Assembly (NCBI GenBank): GCA_030390025.1
Contig: CM059431.1
Location: forward strand, 141,734,001 to 141,798,000
DNA: 64,000 nucleotides
Origin: Squalus acanthias
Taxonomy: Eukaryota
Direction of reading: 5' to 3'
Shown here one piece after another: positions 1 to 11,052 of this stretch (positions are counted from its first letter, which is position 1; the number at the start of each line of letters is the position of its first letter). A program made the position numbers and the translations under genes. The notes below the pieces were generated by a model that ran no database searches, had not been told where the DNA came from, and saw nothing but the letters and a program-made list of their open reading frames with translations.

Positions 1-786
1 TGGGGGCGGGGTGGTTAAAATGGAATTAGGTTCAAGGCCAGTGGATAATACAAAAAGTCAGGGTTTATGAAAAGTAAAGCAATAATTCAAGGTTCTATCA
101 CTGGGGATGAAGGGAGAATCTAATTGTGGAGGATGATGTTTTAAGGAGGTATCAAACATTTCCAATAGTTTCTAAAAATGATGGTGGTGGTGGTGCGAGA
201 AGGTGGACTAGAGGAGGATGTGGGATCATAGTTGGAGTTAAATGTAGGGAAGGATTTGGAGCTGAAAAAGTAGCCAAGATGGGTAAGTGACTGGGCCCAG
301 AGATAACACACTCCAGGCTGTTAAATCAAATCACAGAGGAGGGAGGACAGACTCTCCACAATTGTTCAATCTGTTTTAGATTTAAACAATACACTGGAGC
401 ACTGAAGGAGCCCAAGTAACGTCTCTGTTCAACAATGGAGGAGAGAGGATAAACCGGGTAACTAGAACAGTCTACGGCAGTTATGGGCAGAATGCTCGAG
501 TCCGGAATTTAAGGTTGAATTAGTGAATGTTGAGATACAGGGGATGATCAGGGGAGGCTGGAACCGACTAACTGTAGGCAAGATGTGTTTGACAAATTTG
601 CACGCTTTTTTTAAAGAATGGACTATATAGATCGATGGGATGCAGCATCTGCGGTGTATATGTAGTTTAAGAAGGTGTTTGATAATGCGGCTCACAGGAG
701 GTTTCAGCTGTTTGGTATAAGAGGCAATGTAGCAGCTTGGATATAAAGTGGATAATGAGTTTAATTTTCTCCATTTGTGTTCACAG

Positions 787-953
787 ATCCGAACTCTACA
801 ATCACTGAGTTCTTGACAGAGTGCAACGATTACCAGCTGTTCCAGTTGACGAAATTCTACCGGGACCGACTGGAACAGGCGATTGAAGGAGGGGTGGACG
901 GAGTCAGCTCGTTGTTAACATACGAGTGGCATTTCAGTGGACAAGAACATCGG
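787..953 (+). CDS. NLR gene, first exon visible in window (N-terminal half of CARD-like death-fold domain); upstream exon(s) outside window
   Basis: Pyrimidine-rich acceptor ...ccatttgtgttcacag|AT and donor CGG|gtaagt. Encodes DPNSTITEFLTECNDYQLFQLTKFYRDRLEQAIEGGVDGVSSLLTYEWHFSGQEHR; phase 1 to phase 0; joins in frame to 8211. Confidence 0.8.
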
Positions 954-1544
954 GTAAGTGGGAGGGACACAGAATGAGTTTGGGTTATTTAAACATCACA
1001 GAAGCAACAGGAAATCAGATCTTAGAATCATAGAATGTTACAGAAGAAAAACAGGCCAACTAGGAAAGAAAGGGTTAAAGCTGTTAATATTTTAAAACAG
1101 AAACAACAACACCAATGTGAAAATACCCACTGGATCCATCAGTCTATGTAAAAAGGACAGGGTAACGGGTACGAAATTATCCTTTGTGGGCTGAAGTCAA
1201 AGGAAACCAAGAATTTTAGCAGGTTCTCTCAAAGAGACAGGAGACAACTAGCTGGAGTTTTAGGGAAGGTCATGAGTTGAATGTCCTACAAAGTATTTAA
1301 AGTAAATTGAGGAACTGTGAGATGATTTTAAAAAATCAGCTGCGGGTTAAAGGAAAGATATTTTTATAAAATGCTAAACTAGTGAACAAGTATTGGACCA
1401 AAACAACCCCAAAAAACCTATGGGGAGTGTCGGATCAACCGAATAGAATGATCCCAATTATATTGATTCAGATACCAGCGATAAATCAACTTATTGGTTC
1501 TATGAAGATCCTCAGGATGTTCAAGCAAATTATCCAGCTACAGT

Positions 1545-2160
1545 TAGTAGAATCACAGGAACTTACAGCACAGAAGGAGGCCACGTCGTGCCTGTGCTGG
1601 CTCTTTGAAAGAGCAGCCGAGCTCAGTCCCACACCCCCACTATTTGTCCGTAACCCTGCAAGTTCCTCATCCACAAGTACCTGTCTAACTCCCTTTAAAA
1701 CTATTGATGGCATCAGCTTACATCACCTTTTCAGGTCGAGCGTTCCAGATCCCGACATCACTCTGAGTGAAAACAATTCTCCTCATCCCCCCTCTAGATC
1801 TTTTGGCAATGAATTTAAATCTATGGCCTCTGGTTATTGACCCACTCGCCAGACGGAATAGTTTTTTCTCTCTGTGTCAAAACTTTTTATCATCTTGAAA
1901 CCCTCTATTAGGTCACCTGTTAACCTTCTCTGTTCCAAAGAGAACAGTCCTGACTTTCCCGATCTAGTAATAGTACATCCTTTTGTATTCTGTCTCTATT
2001 TATAAAACTAGGAATCCCGTCTGTTTTTTAACAGCTTTCTCAACTGATTCTGCCAACTTCAAATAATTCTCTACATAAATCCCGAGGTCTCTGTTCCTTC
2101 ACCCCCTTTAAAATTGTACAGTTTAGTTTGTATTGTCTCTCCTCATTCTTTCTTCCAAAC
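1545..2160 (-). mobile_element. Decayed CR1 LINE 3' fragments
   Basis: CR1 3' tail signature (tagaatcacag...cacagaaggaggcca) and RT C-terminal remnants (ERQYKLN..ILKGV.EQR). Confidence 0.7.
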
Positions 2161-3932
2161 ATAGAGTCATAGAGAAATACATCACAGAAAGAGGCCCTTC
2201 GGCCCATCGTGTCCGCGCCGGCCATCAAGCCCTGTCTATTCTAATCCCATTTTCCAGCACTTGGTCCGTAGCCTTGTATGCTATGACGTTTCAAGTGCTC
2301 ATCTAAATGCTTCTTGAATGTTGAGGGTTCCTGCCTCTACCACCCTTTCAGGCAGTGACTTCCAGATTCCAAACACCCTCTGGGTGAAAAAGTTTTTCCT
2401 CAAATCCCCTCTAAACCTCCTGCCCCTTACCTTGAAACTATGCCCCCTGGTTATTGAGCCCTCTACTAAGGGGGAAAAGTTCCTTTCTATCTACCCTATC
2501 TATGCCCCACGTAATTTTGTGCACCTAAATCAGGTCCCTCCTCAGCCTTCTCTGCTCTAAGGAAAACAACCCCAGCCTGTCCAGTCTCTCTTCATAGCTG
2601 AAACGCTCCAGCCCAGTAACATCCTGGTGAATCTCCTCTGCACCCTCTCTAATGCAATCACATCCTTCCTATAGCGTGGCGACCAGAACTGCACACAGTA
2701 TTCCAGCTGTGGCCTATCTAGCGTTTTGTACAGCTCCATCATAACCTCCCTGCTCTTATATTCTATGCCTCGGCTAATGAAGGCATATGCCTTCTTAACC
2801 ACCTTATCTACCTGTCCTGCTGCCTTCAGGGATCTATGTACATGCACACCAAGGCCCCTTTGATCCTCTGTCCTTCCTAGGGTCCTACCATTCACTGTGT
2901 ATTCCCTTGCCTTGTTAGTCCTCCCAAAATGCATCACCTCACACTTTTCAGGGTTAAATTCCATTTGCCACTGTTCTGCCCATCTGACCAACCGTCTATA
3001 TCGTCCTGTAGCCTGAGGCTTCCCTCCTCGCTATTTACCACTCTACCAATTTTCATGTAATCTGCGAACTTACTGATCATAGCTCCTACATTCATATCTA
3101 AATCATTAATGTACACACAAACAGCAAGGGACCCAGCACCGATGCCTGCGTTACACCACTGGACACAGGCTTCCAGTCACAATAACAACATTCGACCATC
3201 CCCCCTCTGCCTCCTGCCACTAAACCAATTTTGGATCCAATGTGCCAAGTTGCCCTGGATCCCATGGGCTCTTACCTTCTTGACCAGTCTCCCATGCGGG
3301 ACCTTGTCAAAAACCTTTCTGAAGTCCATGTGGACTACATCAACTGCACTACCCTAATCCACATACCTAGTCACCCTCTCTCAAAAGTCAATCAATTTGG
3401 TTAGACATGATCTCCCCCTGACAAAGCCATGCTGACTATCCTTGATTAATCCTTGCCTCTCCAAGTGGAGACTAATTCTGTCCCTCAGAATTTTTTCCAA
3501 TAATTTCCCTACCACTGATGTTAGGCTCACTGGCCTGTAATTCCCTGGTTTATCCCTACTATGCTTCTTGAATAATGGTACTACATTAACTGTCCTCCAG
3601 TTCTCTGGCACCTCCCCTGTGGGCAGAGAGGATCTGAAAATTTGTGTCAGAACCCCTGCAATCTCCTCCCTTGCCTCACACAGCAGCCTGGGATACATCT
3701 CGTCTGGTCCTGGGGATTTATCCACTTTTAAGCCCGCTAAAACCGCTAATACCTCCTCCCCCTCGATGCTAATTTGTTCAAGTATATCACAATCCCCCTG
3801 CCTGATTTCTATGCTTACATCGTCCTTCTCCATAGTGAACACAGATGCAAAATATTCATTTAAAACTTCACCTACATCTTCTGGCTCTACACACAGATTG
3901 CCACTTTTGTCCCTAATGGGCCCTACTCTTTC
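2161..3932 (-). mobile_element. CR1 LINE, ORF2 RT half and 3' end (continues at 6113-6810 after a Penelope insertion)
   Basis: Frameshifted ORF2 pieces: VDKSPGPD..YPRLL, PGNYRPVSLTSVVGK, YINDLD..ISKFAD, WQMEFNPEKCEVMHFG, RPQLEYCVQFWSP. Confidence 0.9.
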
Positions 3933-3934
3933 GA

Positions 3935-4168
3935 TAGCAAAATACTGCGGATGCTGGAAATCCGAAATAACAACAGAAAACGCTGGAAAAACTCAGCAGG
4001 CCAGGCAGCATCCGTGGAGAGAGAAACAGAGTTAACGTTTCGGGTCGAAGACCTTTCGTCAGAACTGGAAAAAAGCAGGAAATTAAATAGATTTAAAGCT
4101 GGGAGAAGGGGGAGGGAATGAAAGAACAAAAGGAGAGATACAGAGACGTTAAGAGATAATCATGGCCA
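3935..4168 (-). mobile_element. Penelope-like element terminal repeat (duplicate of 5367-5609)
   Basis: Same ~150-nt terminal sequence that ends the GIY-YIG-containing elements at 10700-10845 and 24600-24720; contains a hammerhead-like core. Confidence 0.8.
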
Positions 4169-4935
4169 GGTCAGTGGGGGGCGCGGGGTTGGGTCGGTGC
4201 TGGGTTGGGTCGTTGGGGGGGCGCGGGGTTGGGTCATTGGGGGGGCGCGGGGTTGGGTCGGTGGGGGGAGCGGGGTTGGGTCGGTGGGGGGGGCCGGAGT
4301 CATTGGGGGGCGCGGGTTGGGTCGGTGGGGGGGGCCGGAGTCATTGGGGGGTGCGGGGTTGGGTCGGTGGGGGGCGCGGGGTTGGGTCGGTGGGGGGCGC
4401 GGGGTTGGGTCGGTGGGGGGCGCGGGGTTGGGTCGGTGGGGGGCGCGGGGTTGGGTCGGGGGGGGGGGCGCGGGCGGGTCGGTGGGGGGCGCGGGGCTGG
4501 GTCGGTGGGGGGGGGGCGCGGGGCTGGGTCGGTGGGGGCGCGGGGCTGGGTCGGTGGGGGGCGCGGGGTTGGGTCGGTGGGGGGCGCGGGGTTGGGTCGG
4601 TGGGGGGCGCGGGGTTGGGTCGGTGGGGGGCGCGGGGTTGGGTCGTTGGGGGGCGCGGGGTTGGGTCGGTGTGGGCGCGGGGCTGGGTCGGTGGGGGGGG
4701 CGCGGGGTTGGGTCGGTTGGGGGTTGGGTCGGCGGGGGGCTGGGTCGGTGGGGGGTGCGGGGTTGGCTCGTTGGGGGGGCGCGGGGCTGGGTCGGTGGGG
4801 GGCGGCGCGGGGCTGGGTCGGTGGGGGGCGGGGCTGGGTCGGTGGGGGGCGGTGCGGGCCTGGGTCGGTGGGGGGCGGGGGTGCGCCTGGGTCGGTGGGG
4901 GGCGGGGGGGCGCCAGTGGGGTGCGGGGCTGCGTC
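4169..4935. repeat. G-rich ~23-bp minisatellite (ggggggcgcggggttgggtcggt)n
   Basis: About 30 degenerate copies directly visible; multiple G3+ runs per unit. Confidence 0.95.
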
Positions 4936-5305
4936 CTACTACCCTCTGAGTGAAGAAGTTTCTCCTCATCTCAGTTTTGAAAGAGCAGCCCCTTATTCTA
5001 AGATTATGCCCCCTAGTTCTGGTTTCACCCATCCTTGGGAACATCCTTACCGCATCCACCCGATCAAGCCCCTTCACAATCTTATATGTTTCAATAAGAT
5101 CGCCTCTCACTCTGCTGAACTCCAATGAGTAGAGTCCCAATCTACTCAACCTCTCCTCATATGTCCACCCCCTCATCCCGGGGATTAACCTAGTGAACCT
5201 TCTTTGTACTGCCTTGAGAGCAAGTATGTCTTTTCTTAAGTATGGACACCAAAACTGTATGCAGTATTCCAGATGCGGTCTCACCAATACCTTATATAAC
5301 TGCAG
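4936..5305 (-). mobile_element. CR1 ORF2 C-terminal fragment, same subfamily as 49450-52650
   Basis: LQLYKVLVRPHLEYCIQFWCPYLRK...RNFFTQRVV; near-identical to 49787-50157. Confidence 0.92.
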
Positions 5306-5366
5306 CATCTTCCGGCTCTACACACAGATTGCCACTTTTGTCCCTAATGGGCCCTACTCTTTCGAT

Positions 5367-6112
5367 AGCAAAATACTGCGGATGCTGGAAATTCAAAATA
5401 ACAACAGAAAACGCTGGAAAAACTCAGCAGGCCAGGCAGCATCCGTGGAGAGAGAAACAGAGTTAACGTTTCAGGTCGAAGACCTTTCGTCAGAACTGGA
5501 AAAAAGCAGGAAATGAAATATATTTAAAGCTGGGAAAAGGGGGAGGGGATGAAATAACAAAAGGAGAGATTAAGAGACATTGAGAGACGTTAAGAGATAT
5601 TCAAGGCCAGAGGAGGTTTTGATGTAACAGGTTGAGGCTAAATGAAGTGTGAAATGCACTGGCAGAATGAAGGACAGCTGCCAGCTTCTGGGAGGGAAAA
5701 AAAGGGGGGGGGGCAAACAAAAGGGTGGATGAAAAAATAAAATATAAATGTGATAGGGGCCGAGGAGATGATCTAAAATTGTTGAACTCGATGTTGAGTC
5801 CAGAGGGCTGTAGAGTGCCTAAACGAAAGATAAGTTGCTGTTCCTCGAGCTTACGCTGCGCTTCCGTGGAACAGTGTAATAGGCCGAGGACGGTGAGGTC
5901 AGAGTGGGAGTGGAGCGGAGAATTAAAGTGACAGGCAACCGGGAGCTCGGGGGTCCCCCTTACGGACTGAACGGAGGTGTTCAGCAAAGCGGTCACCCAA
6001 TCTGCGTTTGGTCTCCCCAATGTAGAGGAGACCACATCGTGAGCAGCGAATACTGTATACCAAATTGCAGGAAGTACAAGTAAATCGCTGTTTCACCTGG
6101 AAGGGGCGTTTG
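5367..6112 (-). mobile_element. Penelope-like element 3' part (GIY-YIG region + terminal repeat) inserted in CR1
   Basis: PELPVACHFNSP..HS..DLTVLGL...RKLEEQQLIFRLGTLQPSGLNIEF; flanked by duplicated gggccctactctttc (5349-5363 and 6113-6127). Confidence 0.88.
5461..5499 (-). ncRNA. Minimal hammerhead ribozyme motif (minus strand)
   Basis: Reverse complement reads ccAGTT-CTGACGA-A-AGGTC ttc GACCT-GAAAC-GTT-AACT with a perfect stem II. Confidence 0.7.
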
Positions 6113-7500
6113 GGGCCCTACTCTTTCCCTGGTTATCCTCTTGCCCTTAATATACTTATAAAACACCTTGGGATTTTCCTTTATTTTGCCCGCCAGTGTT
6201 TTTTCATGCCCTCTCTTTGCTCTCCTAATTTCTTTAAGTACCCCCCTGCACTTTCTGTACTCTTCTTGGGCTTCCACTGTTTTTAGTCCTTTGTATCTGC
6301 CAAATGCCTCCCTTTTTTTTCCTAATCCATTCTCGTATATCCCTTGACATCCAGGGTTCCCTGGGCTTGTTGGTCCAACCCTTGACCTTTACGGGAACAT
6401 GTTGGCGCTGTACTCTCTCTCTTTCCTTTCTGAATGACTCCCACTGTATCGTGGATTTTCCTACAAGTAGCTGACCCCAGTCCACTTTGGCCAGATCCTG
6501 CCTTATCATATTAAAATCGGCCTTCCCCCAATTTAGAACCTTTATTTCCGGTCCATCTTTGTCCTTTTCCATTACTACCTTAAATCTCACCGAATTATGG
6601 TCACTGTCACTAAAATGCTCTCCTACTGACACTTCTACCACTTGCCCGGCTACATTCCCTAGAATTAGGTCCAGTACCGCCCCCTCTCTTATAGAACTTT
6701 CTACATGCTGGCTCAAAAAACACTCCTGGATACACTTTAAGAATTCCGCCCCCTCTAAGCCTTTCACACTCTGACTATCCCAGTTAATATTGGGGAAGTT
6801 GAAATCCCTACTACTATTATTATATCAATTCACACTTCTCTGTCATGTGTCTGCCCATTTCACCAGTCTGTCTATGCCCTCCTGAAGTCTGCTATTATCC
6901 TTCTCACTATTTACTACCTTTCTGAGTTTCGCGCAATCTGCAATTCTTTTAAATTATGCTCTGTATCCCCAAGTGCAGGTCATTAATATATATCGAAAAG
7001 AGCAGTCGTCCTAATACTGTACTGAGCCCTGTGGGACAACACTGTACTCTTTCCTCCAGTCTGAAAAACAGCCGTTTACAACTGCTCTCTGTTTTCTTTC
7101 CCTTTGACAATGTTATATCAACGCTGCCACTGCCCATTTAATCCCATGGGTTTCTAATTTGCTAACATGTCTATTACTTGGTCAAACGCCTTTTGAAAGT
7201 CCATATACACATCATCAACCGCACTACCCTTGTCAACCGTTAATTCATTAAACAACTCAATCAATTTATTCAACCACGCTATGCCTTTAATAAATCCATG
7301 TTGGCTGCAATTTATTAACCCATGTTTTTTCCAAGGGAATATTTTGTCCTGGATTATTGTCTAATAGTTTCTCCACTATCGACGTTAGGCTAACTGGCCT
7401 GTTGTTGCTGGGTTCATCCCTCTCCCCTTTTTTGAACAGGGGTGTAACATTTGCAACTCTCCACTCCGCTGGCACCACTCAAGTCCAAGGAGTATTGGAA
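6113..7500 (-). mobile_element. CR1 LINE fragments (endonuclease/tether region, then an older RT fragment)
   Basis: EFLKCIQECFLSQHV...AVLDLILGN...SDHNSVRF; WRVANVTPLFKKG.RDEPSNNRPVSLTS. Confidence 0.85.
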
Positions 7501-8210
7501 GAATTTGGCTCGAGCCACCTCCGATTAGCTGCAGTTCCTGAGAAGCAGTAAATTTTTTGTCTGCAAATATTAATATCTGGTTCCGCAAATATTCTGCTGA
7601 CCAGCATCATTCATCTGGAGGGAAGAACATCATTCACCCATTTCAAACAAACGAGCGAAGTTAGTGTCAAAAGGATAAAGTGGTAATGAATATTCACTTA
7701 AAGTAAGTTAAATACCCTGATCCTGCTGTTGAACAGAATCAGCCTTGAATTCAATAAACTGGCCCAATATGGGGTGACATTGATCTTCAGTATTGTGAAA
7801 TGGGCTCACAGCGAATCACCACCCATTTTACATCGCGCCCGATTTTCCCTCCTGTTGCAGAGTCAGTGTCTGGCTGAACTCAGCAGCAACAAGCAAAGTA
7901 TCTGTGTTCAAATTGCTGAGGATGGTCGGTGATTCTACACATTGCTCTGAATTTAGTGATAGATATTTGAAATAAAGCAGTGTACAGTTGTGCCAGAGAC
8001 AGGTGTGGGAGGGGGAGTATTGTGAGAGTGCACGGAACCGAAAGCAGGCTCTGTTCCCGGTGGGAAACCAACACCACCTTGTTTTCCTCCTCCTGCTCCA
8101 CCCAGACAGTCCTCTTGCCCAAGTGCTGTAAGAGGACAATCTGCCCCAGTTCATTTTCACTGCAGGCCCTTCACTCCGCTCATCAATATATTCATTATTA
8201 TTCTCTACAG

Positions 8211-8382
8211 AAAGTCACTGAGCTCACGGAGAAGGGAAACCGGGCGGACAGTTCCAAACTTCTCCTAAATCTGGTGATGGAGAAAGGCTCTGGGGCCCGA
8301 AGAGTGATGTGGGAATCCTTTGTGAAAATGCGCCACGGGGTACCAAAGCTGGACAAAATACTGAAAGAAATACAGGAACTTG
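8211..8382 (+). CDS. NLR gene exon (C-terminal half of CARD-like domain)
   Basis: Acceptor ttattctctacag|AAAG, donor CTTG|gtacgg. Encodes KVTELTEKGNRADSSKLLLNLVMEKGSGARRVMWESFVKMRHGVPKLDKILKEIQEL; LL-x-LV-x-x-KG-x-x-A pattern typical of CARD helices. Confidence 0.85.
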
Positions 8383-8486
8383 GTACGGTAAAATCACACA
8401 CTGAATTCAACTTCACATCTAAAATTACATATTTTACTAAAGTAGTGCACGGATTTGTTTTCATGAAAGCTAATTTATTTAAACAG

Positions 8487-8552
8487 GTTTCTTTCGATTT
8501 AATGACATGAAAGCCACAGAATGTTTATCCGAAGTTCCCAGTCAGCTGAAAG
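8487..8552 (+). CDS. NLR gene 66-nt linker exon
   Basis: Acceptor taatttatttaaacag|GT, donor AAAG|gtaggt. Symmetric phase 1-1, open frame GFFRFNDMKATECLSEVPSQLK, bridging 8382 to 20548 in frame. Confidence 0.75.
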
Positions 8553-8794
8553 GTAGGTGATGGGCTGAAGATTTCAAACAGATTATTTCGGTTCTGATTA
8601 TCAGAGGCTTTAACTTTGACCATTGGTTTCGAGATGTCTAGAATCTGGGGGTGAAAAGTTCAAGAGCTGGGCAAACAGAATTAAACTTCATTTTCACTTC
8701 TCACTGATTCTGAAATATATCTTTGAAATGTGTGGGATAAAGTTACCATTAACACCAGGTTTGGGATTATCTTTAAATATTCATTGCAAACTGC

Positions 8795-10845
8795 CGGCGC
8801 GACATCGGCCGTCTCGATTTTCTCTGCTCCTCTCACTCTATCCTGCCTCCCTTTGAACTTGCAGCACTCCATTCTCTCAGATCCAACTCCAGCATTCTCA
8901 TTAAACCTGCAGACAAGTGTGGTGCTGTTATTGTTTGGCGAGCCGACCTCTACCTAGCAGAAGCGGAAGTTGAACGCCAACTCTCCGACATCTCCTCCTA
9001 CCTCCGCCTGGACCATGACCCCACCACCGAACATCAAGCCATCGTTTCCAAGACTGTCACTGACATCATCTCCTCTAGAGATCTTCCCTCCACGGCCGCC
9101 AACCTTATAGTTCCCCAACCCTGCATGGCTGCTCCATCCCCCACCAGGATGGCCTGAGGGCGCTCTGCTTCTTCCTTGAACAAAGGCCCAACCAGTCCCC
9201 ATCCACCACCACCCTCCTCCGCCTGGCTGAACTTGTTCTCACATTGAACAACTTCTTCTTTGACTCCACTAACTTCCTCCAAATCAAAGCTGTTTCTTTG
9301 GAAACCCACATGGGTCCTAGCTATGCCTGCCTTTTTGTGGGATATGTGGAACATTCTTTGTTCCAGGCCTACTCGGGTCCCCTCCCTCTCCTCTTTTTCC
9401 AGTACACTGATGACTGTATCGGTGCCGTTTCCTGCTCTCGACCTGAACTACAAATTTTCGTTCACTTTGCTTCCAATTTCCACAGTTCCCTCACCTTCAC
9501 ATGATCCATCTCCGACTCTTCCCTTCCTATCCTCAGCTTCTCTACTGCATTTCTGGGGATAGGCTCTTGACAAACAATCACTATAAGCCCACTGACTCCC
9601 ACAGCTACCTGGACTGCACTTCCTGCCAACCCGCTTCCTGTAACTACTCTATTCCTTTCTCCCAGTTTCTCTGCATCCACCGCATCTGCTCTGACGATGC
9701 CACCTTCCACACTAGTGTTTCTGACATGTCTTCCTTTTTCCTAACTGAGGATTCCCCTCTACCGTGGTTGACACGGCCCTTGACCGTGCCTGTTCTGTTT
9801 CCCGCACCTCTACTCTCAACCCTACCTCTCCCTCCCGGAACCACAATATGGTTTCCTTTGTCCTCGCCTTTCACCCAACCAGCCTCCACATTCAACGGAT
9901 CATTTTCTGCTGCCTCCAGCGTGATCCCAGCACCAAACACATCTCCCCCTCACCTCCCCTTTCAGCATTCCGAAGGAACTGCTCCCTCCGCGACACCCTG
10001 GTCCACTCCTCTATCACCCCCAACACCCCTTCCCCTTCGCCCGGCACCTTCCCATGCAAGCACAGGAGATGCAACACCTGACCTTTTGCCTCCACCCTTC
10101 CCACTGTCCAGGGCCCCAAACACTCCTTCCAGGTGAAACAGCGATTTCCTTGTACGTCTTGCAATTTAGTATACAGTATTCGCTGCTCACGATGCGGTCT
10201 CCTCTACATTGGGGAGATCAAATGCAGATTGGGTGACTGCTTTGCAGAACACCTCCGTTCAGTCCATAAGGGTGACCCTGAGCAACCGGTCACCTGTCAC
10301 TTTAATTCTCCGCTCCAGTCCCACTCTGCCCTCTCCGCCCTCGGCCTCTTACACTGTTGCTATGAAGCTCAACGTAAGCTCGAGGAACAGCACCTCATCT
10401 TTTGATTAGGCACTTTACAGCCTTCTGGACTCAACATCGAGTTCAACAATTTCAGACCATAACCTCTGTCCATATCATTTTTTTCTCTCTTTCACATGGC
10501 AGCGGTTGATGATTCTGCCATTGCCATTTACACTTCATCTCGAGTCATCTTTTTGTTTCTTAACTTGTCCCAATACCATCTCTTTTTGCCTTGCACCATC
10601 ATCCCTTTTGTCTTTTAATCTCTCCTGCCTTCCATCCTATCACAGACCTTTTTCCTTTTGTTATTTCATCCCCTCCCCCCACTCCCTGCCTCTACACGTG
10701 CTTAAAAACCTGTTACATCTCCAACTTTTTCCAGTTCTGACGAAGGGTCATCGACCTGAAACGTTAACTCTGATTCTCTCTCTCCAGATTCTGTCCGACC
10801 TGCTGAGTATTTCCAGCATTTTCTGTTTTTATTTTAAATTTGCAG
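8795..10845 (+). mobile_element. Penelope-like retroelement (RT + GIY-YIG endonuclease), decayed, with 3' terminal repeat
   Basis: IKPADK..AV, LNNFFFDS...MGPSYACLFVGYVE...YTDD, YKPTDSHSYL, FPCTSCNLVYSIRCSRCGLLYIGE...RLGDCFAEHLRSV. Confidence 0.92.
10731..10769 (+). ncRNA. Minimal type I hammerhead ribozyme motif in Penelope terminal repeat
   Basis: AGTT-CTGACGA-A-GGGTC atc GACCT-GAAAC-GTT-AACT: stem I AGTT/AACT, CUGANGA and GAAA cores, stem II, palindromic ACGT stem III. Matches the minimal HHR architecture known from Penelope-like elements. Confidence 0.7.
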
Positions 10846-11052
10846 ATGTTGTCATTACTCCAGTGGTTTTTCCAGCTGTTCATGTGACTGGCCTTTGCTG
10901 CCAGTGGACGTCACTGACCGGGATAAAACATCAAACTCCCAGTGGTCAGTCTGTCTAATACACCGATTAATCAGCAGAGAAAATTAATTTATTGCGGCTT
11001 CCCTGGATGACTCAAATGGATGATGTACCAGTGAGTGCAGTGTTTAGCCATA

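Noticed and set aside
1..470. Possible upstream NLR exon or start codon
   Set aside because: No open frame with convincing splice sites found; sequence left unassigned.
4160..5308. Long Pro-rich and Gly/Trp-rich ORFs (250-382 aa), including an apparent RT-proline-rich fusion
   Set aside because: Products of a stop-free G-rich minisatellite abutting a CR1 fragment; open in several frames at once.
8383..8390. Alternative donor ACG|gtaaaa at 8388
   Set aside because: Would give phase 0, incompatible with the phase-1 downstream exons.
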